A stretch of 64,000 nucleotides of DNA, taken from contig CAVPCT010000003.1 of NCBI GenBank assembly GCA_963702475.1, forward strand, positions 416,001-480,000, written 5' to 3'. The stretch comes from an uncultured Thermoleophilia bacterium (GTDB lineage: Bacteria; Actinomycetota; Thermoleophilia; UBA2241). The position numbers and the translations under genes were made by a program. Of the stretch, positions 21,761 through 29,454 are shown one piece after another (the first letter of the stretch is position 1; every line of letters begins with the position of its first letter). The notes beneath the pieces are model-generated. The model did no database searches, had not been told where the DNA came from, and saw only the letters and a program-made list of their open reading frames with translations.

Positions 21761-22371
21761 AGTTCTCGACCAAGGAGCTGGTGACGCTGGCGGTGTTCGG
21801 CACGCTGTGGGGAAGCGTGGAGATGACGCTGGGAGCCTGGTTGCACGCGGCCAACGCGCCGTTCACGGGGCTTCTGCTCGCCGGCGTGGGCATCTGTGTC
21901 GCCCTCATCGGCTACGTGTTCGTGCCGCGCGCAGGCGCCGTGTTCATGATCAGCCTGGTCGCGGCGATCCTGAAGGCGTTCAGCGTCGGCGGCGTGGTGC
22001 TCAACCCCATGATCGCGATCGTCGTGGAGGGCCTGCTCGCCGAGCTCGGCTTGGCCATCGGCGGCCGGCACCGTCGTTTGCTGCCGTTCCTCCTGGCCGG
22101 CGTGCTCGCCGTCAACTGGTCGCTGGTGCAGCCCTTCTTCACCCAGGGCGTGCTCGCCGGGCAAGGTGTGTTCCTCATCTACACGCGCACGCTGCAGAGG
22201 GTCGCCGACCTGCTGGGTCTGAGCCCCGGCATGGTTGTCGCCCTGGTCGCCATCGTCGTCCTGGCGCACTCGCTGGTCGGTCTGGGCGCGGGCGCGGTGG
22301 CGGCCGGCGTGGGGCGTCAGCTCACGCGACGTCTGCGTTCGCGTGCCCCCGTGGAGGTTCCAGGTGACTGA
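21757..22371 (+). CDS. ECF transporter S (substrate-specificity) component
   Basis: 204 aa, about 6 hydrophobic helices, MKFSTKELVTLAVFG N-terminus typical of S components; lies between the ATPase and T genes. Confidence 0.75.
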   Translation: MKFSTKELVTLAVFGTLWGSVEMTLGAWLHAANAPFTGLLLAGVGICVALIGYVFVPRAGAVFMISLVAAILKAFSVGGVVLNPMIAIVVEGLLAELGLAIGGRHRRLLPFLLAGVLAVNWSLVQPFFTQGVLAGQGVFLIYTRTLQRVADLLGLSPGMVVALVAIVVLAHSLVGLGAGAVAAGVGRQLTRRLRSRAPVEVPGD

Positions 22372-23152
22372 GCGACGTAGCGGGCTCAGCGAGGGGGGCT
22401 CCGCAGGGGCACCGCTCAGTGACCGGCGGAGCGTCGCCACCCCACGAACGGCCGCGACCGCATCACTCGGCGGGTGGCTCGGCACCCCGGGCTACCTCTG
22501 CTGTTTCGCCGCCTCGATGACGGCGGCCGTGCTGCTGCCCGGCTGGCGGGCGGCGCTGGCTCTCGCCCTCGCTGCGGCTCTCGCGCTGCTGTTCTACCGC
22601 GTCGCCTTCCGCGCGCTGACGCACCCAGGGCTCTGGGTCTTCGTGGGCTTGCTGCTGGTCTCGATGACGTTCTGGGTGGGGGAGCCGACCGGCAGCCTGG
22701 GTCCGTTGCCGGCGTCCCTCAGCGGGCTGTCCGCCGGCCTGCAGATGTCGTTGCGGGCGCTGGCCATCACGCTGGCGGTGCGCGGGCTGGCGGCGCGCGT
22801 CTCGCCCGGGGAGTCGGCCGGCCTGCTGGAGCGCGCCGGCGTCAAGGGGCTGGGGTTCACCGTTGGCGTCGCCTTCAACCTCCTCCCGTCCATGGAGCGG
22901 TCTGTCCGCCAGACGCTGGACACGGCGCGACTGCGTGGAGGGTCGCTGTGGCGGCGGCCGCGGGTGCTGCGCCTGGCCGCCGTGACCGCGCTCGCCTCGG
23001 CGGTGCGGCGCGCCGAGGACGTGGCCGCGGCCGCCGAGGTGCGTGGGTTCTCCCCGCAGCACACGCGCGCCTTGCCGCTACGCCGCGGGCGCTACGACCT
23101 GCGGGTGGCCGTGGTGCTCGGCCTCGTGGTCGCCGGTCTCGTGGTCCTCTGA
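22364..23152 (+). CDS. ECF transporter T component (EcfT/CbiQ-like)
   Basis: Hydrophobic N-half; ARLRG and AAEVRGF motifs (XRX coupling motifs); GGAGG SD before GTG 22364. The N-terminus is encoded by the 51-bp repeat. Confidence 0.82.
   Translation: MTERRSGLSEGGSAGAPLSDRRSVATPRTAATASLGGWLGTPGYLCCFAASMTAAVLLPGWRAALALALAAALALLFYRVAFRALTHPGLWVFVGLLLVSMTFWVGEPTGSLGPLPASLSGLSAGLQMSLRALAITLAVRGLAARVSPGESAGLLERAGVKGLGFTVGVAFNLLPSMERSVRQTLDTARLRGGSLWRRPRVLRLAAVTALASAVRRAEDVAAAAEVRGFSPQHTRALPLRRGRYDLRVAVVLGLVVAGLVVL
22368..22430 (+). repeat. Copy of the dispersed 51-bp junction repeat
   Basis: ctgagcgacgtagcgggctcagcgaggggggctccgcaggggcaccgctca-gtgacc aligns with units 2757-2858. Confidence 0.75.
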
Positions 23153-23246
23153 GCCGAGTGGGCTTCGATGGCCGCGATGCGAGGCACCGCCTGCGGCGGA
23201 TGCCATCCTGTACAACGCGAACGCCGTCCGTTCTACCCCGGCGTCC

Positions 23247-23275
23247 TTGTGAGCCGTCGCACGACCGCGTAGACT
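23247..23275 (+). promoter_or_regulatory. Sigma70-type promoter
   Basis: TTGTGA-N17-TAGACT immediately 5' of the second riboswitch. Confidence 0.6.
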
Positions 23276-23279
23276 CACT

Positions 23280-23386
23280 GCGCTTCTCCGAGTCGTGGAT
23301 GCCTAAGGGCCGAAGGGCCTATGGCGCCGCGACCGGAAGGGTACAGCGGGAAACCGCCGTGTCTCCCAGTGCGGAAAGGAGAGCGC
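23280..23386 (+). promoter_or_regulatory. Moco-class riboswitch, P3-less (tungsten-cofactor-associated) form
   Basis: CTCCGAG...CCTAAG...TATGG (P2), then CCGGAAGG in place of P3, GGGAAACC (P4), CTCCC...GGAAAGGAG; P1 gcgcttctcc/ggagagcgc. A hairpin with a T-run follows at ~23395-23427. Confidence 0.85.
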
Positions 23387-23570
23387 GCTTCGCCGGGCCT
23401 CTCCGCGTGCGGAAGGGCCCTTTCGTTGCCCCCGTCACGCGGGCGGCCCACCGCCGCCGGTGCACGCGTCCCGGCGACCGACGGGGCTCCTCCTCGTTCC
23501 CCACCGGGCGAACCGGCCGTCCCGACCTTCCCGGAGAAGCGGTAACCGGGCCACGGGGAGGAGTGGGAGC

Positions 23571-24695
23571 ATGACAAGAAGACTGACTGTTATCACCGTG
23601 CTGGTGGTCGTTCTGGTGCTCGCGGCGGGGGCGATGGCGTTCGCCAGGCATGCCGCCTCGTCCGAGATGTACGGCTGGGACCTGCAGCTGCGCAACACGG
23701 TGTCCACCCAGTACAGCAGCGACATGGCGTACAAGGCGTTCACCGCCTGGGCGGCCGCGCATCAGGTGACGATCGTCGACACCAACAAGACGCCGGACAA
23801 CCCGGCCGACGACACCACGTACAAGGGCGTCGCCCTCAAGACGCTCGTGGGGTATTTCGACGACGCCGACCCCGGCACGTTCAACACGGCGCTGGCCTCG
23901 GCCGGGTACAACGTCGTGCTCATGGGCATGGACGGCTTCACCGGCACGTTCAGTGCAGCCGACATCGCCGCCCTTGGCGACAAGGTCATCCTCGCCAATC
24001 TCGCCAACGACGCCCCGCTTGCGGTGCCGGCCGCCACACTCGGCAGCGGTGGCGCTGCCAGCTGGAAGCCGAGCTGGCCGCTCAGGGTCGTCAGCAACGA
24101 GGGCAGCGTGACCGGCAAGATGAAGCCCGGCGGCGTGCTGCGCGTGAGCATCGTGTCGGCCACAGATCCCAACGCGCCGGCCGAGCCCGTGGCCTGGGAC
24201 CTGCAGCTGCGGAACACGAAGACCAAGAAGTACAGCGCCGACATGACCTCCACGCAGTGGGCGACCTGGGCGGCCAAGGCCGGACGTACCGTCACCGTCA
24301 GCAGCACCGAAGGCACGAAGACCGTCGCCTACAAGGGCGTCTCGCTCAAGAACCTGGTCGGCTACTTCGACGACAAGAACCGCACCACGTTCAACACGAA
24401 GCTGGCCGCCAAGGGCTACTACATCACCATCCTCGGCATGGACGGGTTCAGCTACGCGTGGTCGAGCAAGGGCCTCGCCAAGCTCGGTAACAAGGTCATC
24501 GTGGCGAGCCAGGCCGACGGCGCCCCGCTGCCCGTGCCCAAGCCCTTCGTCAACAGCGAGGGCGCCGCGGAGTGGGTGCCCGACTGGCCGCTGCGCGTGG
24601 TGAGCAACGTGCCCGACGTGGAGGTGGATGCGAAGGTCCAGGGCATCGTGCGCCTGACGATCTCGTCGAAGGCGCCCAAGACAGCCCCCTTTTGA
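23571..24695 (+). CDS. Secreted protein with two tandem molybdopterin-binding oxidoreductase-like domains
   Basis: Signal peptide (...AGAMA). Internal duplication WDLQLRNT...YKGV.LK.LVGYFDD...GMDGF...LG.KVI.A...WPLRVVSN occurs twice; no Cys. Confidence 0.8.
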   Translation: MTRRLTVITVLVVVLVLAAGAMAFARHAASSEMYGWDLQLRNTVSTQYSSDMAYKAFTAWAAAHQVTIVDTNKTPDNPADDTTYKGVALKTLVGYFDDADPGTFNTALASAGYNVVLMGMDGFTGTFSAADIAALGDKVILANLANDAPLAVPAATLGSGGAASWKPSWPLRVVSNEGSVTGKMKPGGVLRVSIVSATDPNAPAEPVAWDLQLRNTKTKKYSADMTSTQWATWAAKAGRTVTVSSTEGTKTVAYKGVSLKNLVGYFDDKNRTTFNTKLAAKGYYITILGMDGFSYAWSSKGLAKLGNKVIVASQADGAPLPVPKPFVNSEGAAEWVPDWPLRVVSNVPDVEVDAKVQGIVRLTISSKAPKTAPF

Positions 24696-25143
24696 CCGGG
24701 CGCGAGCGGCGGGCACCGACGACCTGAAGCTGACCCTGCGCGGCAAGACCAAGAAGGTGCTGCCGTGGGCCAAGGTGCCGGCCAAGGTGGCCTGGCACGG
24801 CGAGAAGGCCGGCAACATCAATCCGTCGTTGCGGTACGTGTACCGGGGCCAGACACTGTCCAAGCTGGTGGGGCTCGTGGACGGCGGGAACAGCTCGTTC
24901 AACGTCGCGCTCGCCAAGAAGGGCTACCAGATCCAGTTCGTCTGCCGGGACGGCTACAAGCCGAAGATCCCGAGCAAGTGGATCGTCGGCAAGAAGACCT
25001 GGATCGTGGCGAAGCTCAAGAGCGGCAAGCCACTGCAGGGTGACGAAGCTCCGTTCCGCTTCGTCGGCGGCAAGCCGATCACGCAGCCGTTCAACAACAA
25101 GCTGTCGGCCTACGGGGTGGTGGAGATCCGGCTCATCTTCTGA
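24694..25143 (+). CDS. Single molybdopterin-binding-like domain with no evident start or signal peptide; paralogue of 19082-19630, possibly reached by +1 frameshift
   Basis: YRGQTLSKLVGLVD, SFNVALAKKGY and IVGKKTWIVAKLKSGKPL closely match the 19082 protein. Homology extends upstream of the first GTG (24757), and the frame is open across the upstream gene's stop. Confidence 0.7.
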   Translation, partial: DRARAAGTDDLKLTLRGKTKKVLPWAKVPAKVAWHGEKAGNINPSLRYVYRGQTLSKLVGLVDGGNSSFNVALAKKGYQIQFVCRDGYKPKIPSKWIVGKKTWIVAKLKSGKPLQGDEAPFRFVGGKPITQPFNNKLSAYGVVEIRLIF

Positions 25144-25290
25144 GCCGTGCGCGACCGGCAGACGGCGCGACGGGGGCTTTCGCCCAGCTCCCGTCGCGCC
25201 TGCCGGCATCCGGCGGCCACGTGCCGCCGCGCGGGCGACGCAAGGCATGAGCCGACGACGGCTCACGGGCAGCACTGGAGGAAGTCAGCA

Positions 25291-26331
25291 ATGAAGAGAA
25301 CGAGCGTGTGGGCGGCCCTCGTGACCGTGGTGCTGGTCGCAGCCGTCGCCCTCGTGGGGACGGCGGTGACGGGCGGCGCGCCGCAGGCGTCCGCCGCCGA
25401 CCCGGTGGTGCTCACGATCACCGGCAACAGTCAGACCAAGACGTACACCATGACGGAGTTGCGGGCGCTGCCCGCCTACACCGGCTACGCCGGGTACGTG
25501 AACAGCTCCGGCACCGTCAGCCCGCCGTGGCCCATCAAGGGTGTGAAGGTCACGGACCTGCTGGCCGAGATCGGCGGCATCCCCGACGGGCAGTCGGTCG
25601 ACGTCACCGCCATCGACGACTACGGCATGACGTTCACCTGGGACGAGGCCGTCAACGGCTCCGTCACCGTGTACGACGCCACCACCAAGAAGGAGGAGCC
25701 TGCGGCCGCGCCGCTCTCCATGGTGCTGGCGTACGAGGAGAACGGCGCGCCCATCGCGGCTTACCCGACGGGAGACGGGCCCCTGCGCCTCGTGTTCGCC
25801 CAGACGCAGGACGTCGGCCAGATCGTCGACGGGCATCTGTTCGTCAAGTGGGTCGACCGCGTCGGCCTGCGCAACGCCGTCGTGCCCTGGGAGGTCAAGA
25901 TGTACGGCCTCAAGGACAAGAAGGGCAAGCGGCAGACGTACACGCTGGACCGCATGAGCTACGACTCGTGCGCCACGCCGGGGTGTCACGGCGCCTCCTG
26001 GGTCGAGCCGGCCACGCAGAAGACCTGGAGCGGCGTGCCGCTGTTCCTGTGCATCGGCAAGGTCGACGGCGGCAAGGGTCACGGCGGCTACGGCGCCTAC
26101 AACGAGGCCCTCGCCCTCAAGGGCTACCGCATCAAGATCACATCCGCCGCCGGCAAGAGTGCGATCATCGGCTCGCGGACCATCCGCAACGTCGAGACGA
26201 TCATCTTGGCCAACAAGCTGATGGGATCCGAGCTCGGACCGGACTACTACCCGCTGCGGCTGATGGGTCCCAAGATCGGCAGCAAGAACTGGGTCGGGCA
26301 GATCACCAAGATCACGCTGCTCCCGAAGTGA
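25291..26331 (+). CDS. Secreted protein with two molybdopterin-binding oxidoreductase-like domains and a CX4CH motif
   Basis: Signal peptide (...QASA); TYTMTELRALP, KGVKVTDLL, AIDDYGMTF, VLAYEENG, GPLRLV, FVKWVDRV; SCATPGCHG; second domain WSGVPL...IILANKLMG...YPLRLMG. Confidence 0.82.
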   Translation: MKRTSVWAALVTVVLVAAVALVGTAVTGGAPQASAADPVVLTITGNSQTKTYTMTELRALPAYTGYAGYVNSSGTVSPPWPIKGVKVTDLLAEIGGIPDGQSVDVTAIDDYGMTFTWDEAVNGSVTVYDATTKKEEPAAAPLSMVLAYEENGAPIAAYPTGDGPLRLVFAQTQDVGQIVDGHLFVKWVDRVGLRNAVVPWEVKMYGLKDKKGKRQTYTLDRMSYDSCATPGCHGASWVEPATQKTWSGVPLFLCIGKVDGGKGHGGYGAYNEALALKGYRIKITSAAGKSAIIGSRTIRNVETIILANKLMGSELGPDYYPLRLMGPKIGSKNWVGQITKITLLPK

Positions 26332-26398
26332 GAGCGCTCCGTGGACACCTGACGGCCGCGTGCGCCGCGGCACCCGGTGCTGCCCAGCGGACGGCATC

Positions 26399-27418
26399 AT
26401 GAGGACCCGGGTCCTCGCGGCCGTCGCCTTCGTGCTGGCGCTCTCCGTGCCGGCCGGCCTGGCCGCCTGCGGCGGCCAGGCCGGCCCCTCCGCCTCGCCT
26501 TCGCCCTCCGTGAGCCCCTCCGGGCCCGTCGTGCTCACGGTGGTCGGCGAGGACGGCCAGAAGCAGTTCACGATGAACCAGCTCCAGGCGCTGCCGGCCT
26601 ACACCGGGTACGCCGGCCTCAAGAGCAGCACCGGCGTCATCACGCTCCCCGTGGAGTACACCGGCGTCTCGCTCACCTCGCTCACCGACCTCGTGGGCGG
26701 CATGAGCAAGACCAACGGCGTCACGCTCGTGGCGAAGGACGGCTACGGTATGACGATCTCGTACGCGCAGCTCGTCGATCACGCCTTCACGACCTATGAC
26801 CCTGCCACGGGCGACGAGGTGCCGCCGGCGGACGACCTCACGGTCATCGTCGCCTACGCACGAGAGGGCGAGCCGCTGGGCGAGGACGAAGGGCCGCTGC
26901 GGCTGATGGTCGCCTCCCCCGATCCCGGAGGGCAGATCGTCGACGGACACTGGACGGTGAAGTGGGTCGACCGGGTCTCGGTCACCAAGGCCTCCGCGGA
27001 GTGGAAGGTGCAGATCCAGGGCGCGCGCCCCGACACCCTGGACAAGCCCAGGTACGTCAACTGCGCCTCGCCCGGCTGCCACGGTTCGGGCTGGGTGGAC
27101 GACAGCGGAAGGCGCTGGGAGGGCATCCCGCTCTACCTGGTCGCCGGTCTCGTGGACGACGAGAAGAAGCACGGCGAGGGCGCCTACAACGCGGCCCTGG
27201 CGAAGCAGGGCTACGACATCCTCATCGAGGACGCCGACGGCGAGGTGACGACCATCGACTCCCGCGACATCGCCGGCAGGGACGACGTGGTGCTGTCGTC
27301 CAAGGTGGACGGCGGCGAGCTCTCCGACGAGGACTTCCCGCTGCGGCTGGTCGGCCCGGGTCTGGACGAAGCGCAGATGCCCGGGCGCGTCGCCCGCATC
27401 GTCGTGCGCCCGCGGTAG
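26399..27418 (+). CDS. Lipoprotein with two molybdopterin-binding oxidoreductase-like domains and a CX4CH motif
   Basis: Lipobox LAAC then a Ser/Pro linker; FTMNQLQALP, YTGVSL, AKDGYGMT, VAYAREGEPL...GPLRL, VKWVDRV; NCASPGCHG; paralogue of 25291. Confidence 0.82.
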   Translation: MRTRVLAAVAFVLALSVPAGLAACGGQAGPSASPSPSVSPSGPVVLTVVGEDGQKQFTMNQLQALPAYTGYAGLKSSTGVITLPVEYTGVSLTSLTDLVGGMSKTNGVTLVAKDGYGMTISYAQLVDHAFTTYDPATGDEVPPADDLTVIVAYAREGEPLGEDEGPLRLMVASPDPGGQIVDGHWTVKWVDRVSVTKASAEWKVQIQGARPDTLDKPRYVNCASPGCHGSGWVDDSGRRWEGIPLYLVAGLVDDEKKHGEGAYNAALAKQGYDILIEDADGEVTTIDSRDIAGRDDVVLSSKVDGGELSDEDFPLRLVGPGLDEAQMPGRVARIVVRPR

Positions 27419-27428
27419 CGGGTACGGC

Positions 27429-28547
27429 ATGGCGGCAGGTGGTCGCGGGTCCGGGCGGGCGGTCCGGAGTGCGTGGGCTCGCGGGGCCGCACTCGCGCTG
27501 CTGGCCTGCGTCGCACTGCCGGCAGCGGCCCTCTCGGCGGCCTGCGGCGACACCCCGCGGCAGGTCAGGGTGATCGAGGCGGGCAGCCTCATCGTCCCGT
27601 TCGCCGACGTGGCCGCCGCGTTCGAACGGTCGCACCCGGGCGTGGAGGTCGTCACGGAGAGCCACGGAAGCATCCAGGTGCTGCGCTACGTGTCGGAGCT
27701 CGGCGAGCGCTTCGACCTCGCCGCGAGCGCCGACGAGCAGCTCATGGAGCCGCTGCTGTACGACCGCGACGACCCGGCGACGGGCGAGCCCTTCGCGAGC
27801 TGGTACTGCTCGTTCGCCACGAACCGGGTGGTCCTCGCCGTGTCGCCGAAGAGCCCGCTGGCCGGGCAGCTCACGGCCGCCGACTGGTACCGGCGCATCA
27901 CGGAGCCGGATGTGCGCTTCGGGCTCGCCGACCCGCGCTTCGACGCCGCCGGCTACCGCGCCCTGATGGTGCTCCAGCTGGCCGAGCGTGCCTACGACGA
28001 CCCGTACTTGTTCGAGGACATGTTCATGGGCGCGTTCACGTCGCCGGTGACCGTCGAGCAGCGCGGTCCGACGGCGGTCATCGAGGTCCCCGAGATCCTC
28101 GAGACCCGCTCCGGATCGCACGTCGTGCTCCGCGGCGCGAGCATCCAGCTGGTGGCGCTGCTGGAATCGGGCGACCTCGATTGCGCCTTCGAGTACGAGA
28201 GCGTCGCCCGGCAGCACGGGCTCGAGTACGTGCGGCTGCCCGGCTCCGTGGACCTCGGCGATCCGTCCCGCCGCGACCTGTACGGGACGGTGGAGGTCAA
28301 GCTCGACTTCCAGCGCTTCGCCAGCGTGCGCCCGGTCTTCCGCGGCGACGTGATCCGCTACGCGTTCACGATCCCCGCGAACGCGCCGGACCCCGAGCTG
28401 GCGGCGGAGTTCGCGGCGTTCCTTGTCGGCGAGGAGGGCCGCAGCATCCTCCTCGCCGACCACCAGCCTCTGCTCACGCCGCCCGAGCTCGACGGCGCGG
28501 CCGCCGCCCCGGAGGAGGTGAGACGGGCGTGCGCAGGGTCACGGTGA
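27429..28547 (+). CDS. wtpA: Tungstate/molybdate ABC transporter substrate-binding lipoprotein, WtpA-type
   Basis: AGSLIVPF, HGSIQVLR, ASAD, DPRFDAAGYRA, FEYESVARQHGL and IRYAFTIP match WtpA better than short ModA; lipobox SAAC. Confidence 0.85.
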   Translation: MAAGGRGSGRAVRSAWARGAALALLACVALPAAALSAACGDTPRQVRVIEAGSLIVPFADVAAAFERSHPGVEVVTESHGSIQVLRYVSELGERFDLAASADEQLMEPLLYDRDDPATGEPFASWYCSFATNRVVLAVSPKSPLAGQLTAADWYRRITEPDVRFGLADPRFDAAGYRALMVLQLAERAYDDPYLFEDMFMGAFTSPVTVEQRGPTAVIEVPEILETRSGSHVVLRGASIQLVALLESGDLDCAFEYESVARQHGLEYVRLPGSVDLGDPSRRDLYGTVEVKLDFQRFASVRPVFRGDVIRYAFTIPANAPDPELAAEFAAFLVGEEGRSILLADHQPLLTPPELDGAAAAPEEVRRACAGSR

Positions 28548-28647
28548 GCGTCCTCAGGGATCACAGGCGACCCTTCGCGCCGGGGCCCTGCGCCCGCCCG
28601 TCTCCCGCCGGGCGCGGATCGTACCGGCGGCGGCCCCTCACGGGCCC

Positions 28648-29454
28648 GTGACCCGGCGCCGCCCCTCGCTGTTCTGGGCGCTCTGCGCCGTCGCCGGCGC
28701 GGTGCTGGTGGCGTTCGTCGTGCTGCCTGCCGCCGGCATGCTCGCCGGTGCCGGCGCCGGCATGCTTGGCGAGGCGCTTCGTCAGGACGACGTGCGGCGC
28801 TCCCTGTGGCTCACCGTGAGCGCCGCCCTCATCTCCACCGCCATCGCCTTCGTCGCCGGCGTGCCGCTCGCCTACCTGCTCGCGCGCAAGGACTTTCCCG
28901 GCAAGCGTGTGGTGGAGGGCATCATCGACCTGCCCATCGTCTTTCCGCACACCGCCGCCGGCGTCGCCCTTCTCATGGTGTGGGGCCGCGAGGGCGTCGT
29001 GGGGCGGGCGTTCGCCTCGGTGGGCATCACGTTCACCGACACCGTGGCCGGTATCGTCCTGGCGATGCTGTTCGTGAGCCTCCCGTTCCTGGTGGACACC
29101 TCGCGAGAGGCCTTCGCGCTGGTGGACGAACGGTACGAGCACGTGGCCCGCACCCTGGGCTCGTCGCGTGCGGGGGCCTTCGCGCGCGTCACCTTCCCCC
29201 AGGCGTGGCGCGGCGTGTTCTCGGGCGCCGTGCTCATGTGGGGCCGCGGTATCAGCGAGTTCGGTGCCGTCGTCATCCTCGCCTACAACCCCAAGGTGAT
29301 CTCCGTGCTCACCTTCGAGCGGTTCGAGGGGTTCGGGCTCGACGCTGCAGAGCCCCCGGCCGTGCTCATCGTCATCGTCGCCTTCGTCGTCTTCCTCGTG
29401 CTGCGCACGCTGCTGCTGCCGCGACGCAGGCGCTCGCGCAGGGACGCGTCGTGA
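28648..29454 (+). CDS. wtpB: Tungstate/molybdate ABC transporter permease
   Basis: GVPLAYLLAR, IIDLPIVFPHTAAGVALL, VARTLG and WGRGISEFGAV motifs. Confidence 0.85.
   Translation: MTRRRPSLFWALCAVAGAVLVAFVVLPAAGMLAGAGAGMLGEALRQDDVRRSLWLTVSAALISTAIAFVAGVPLAYLLARKDFPGKRVVEGIIDLPIVFPHTAAGVALLMVWGREGVVGRAFASVGITFTDTVAGIVLAMLFVSLPFLVDTSREAFALVDERYEHVARTLGSSRAGAFARVTFPQAWRGVFSGAVLMWGRGISEFGAVVILAYNPKVISVLTFERFEGFGLDAAEPPAVLIVIVAFVVFLVLRTLLLPRRRRSRRDAS

Noticed and set aside
19646-23152. Assignment as a cobalt/nickel (CbiMNQO/NikMNQO) or cobalamin ECF transporter
   Set aside because: The S component lacks the MHIxxG N-terminus of CbiM/NikM, and the upstream RNA matches the Moco class rather than a B12 element. 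The substrate remains unproven.
24693-24695. Selenocysteine or stop read-through at the UGA
   Set aside because: The in-frame continuation is non-homologous Arg/Gly/Gln-rich sequence; the homologous domain is in the +1 frame.
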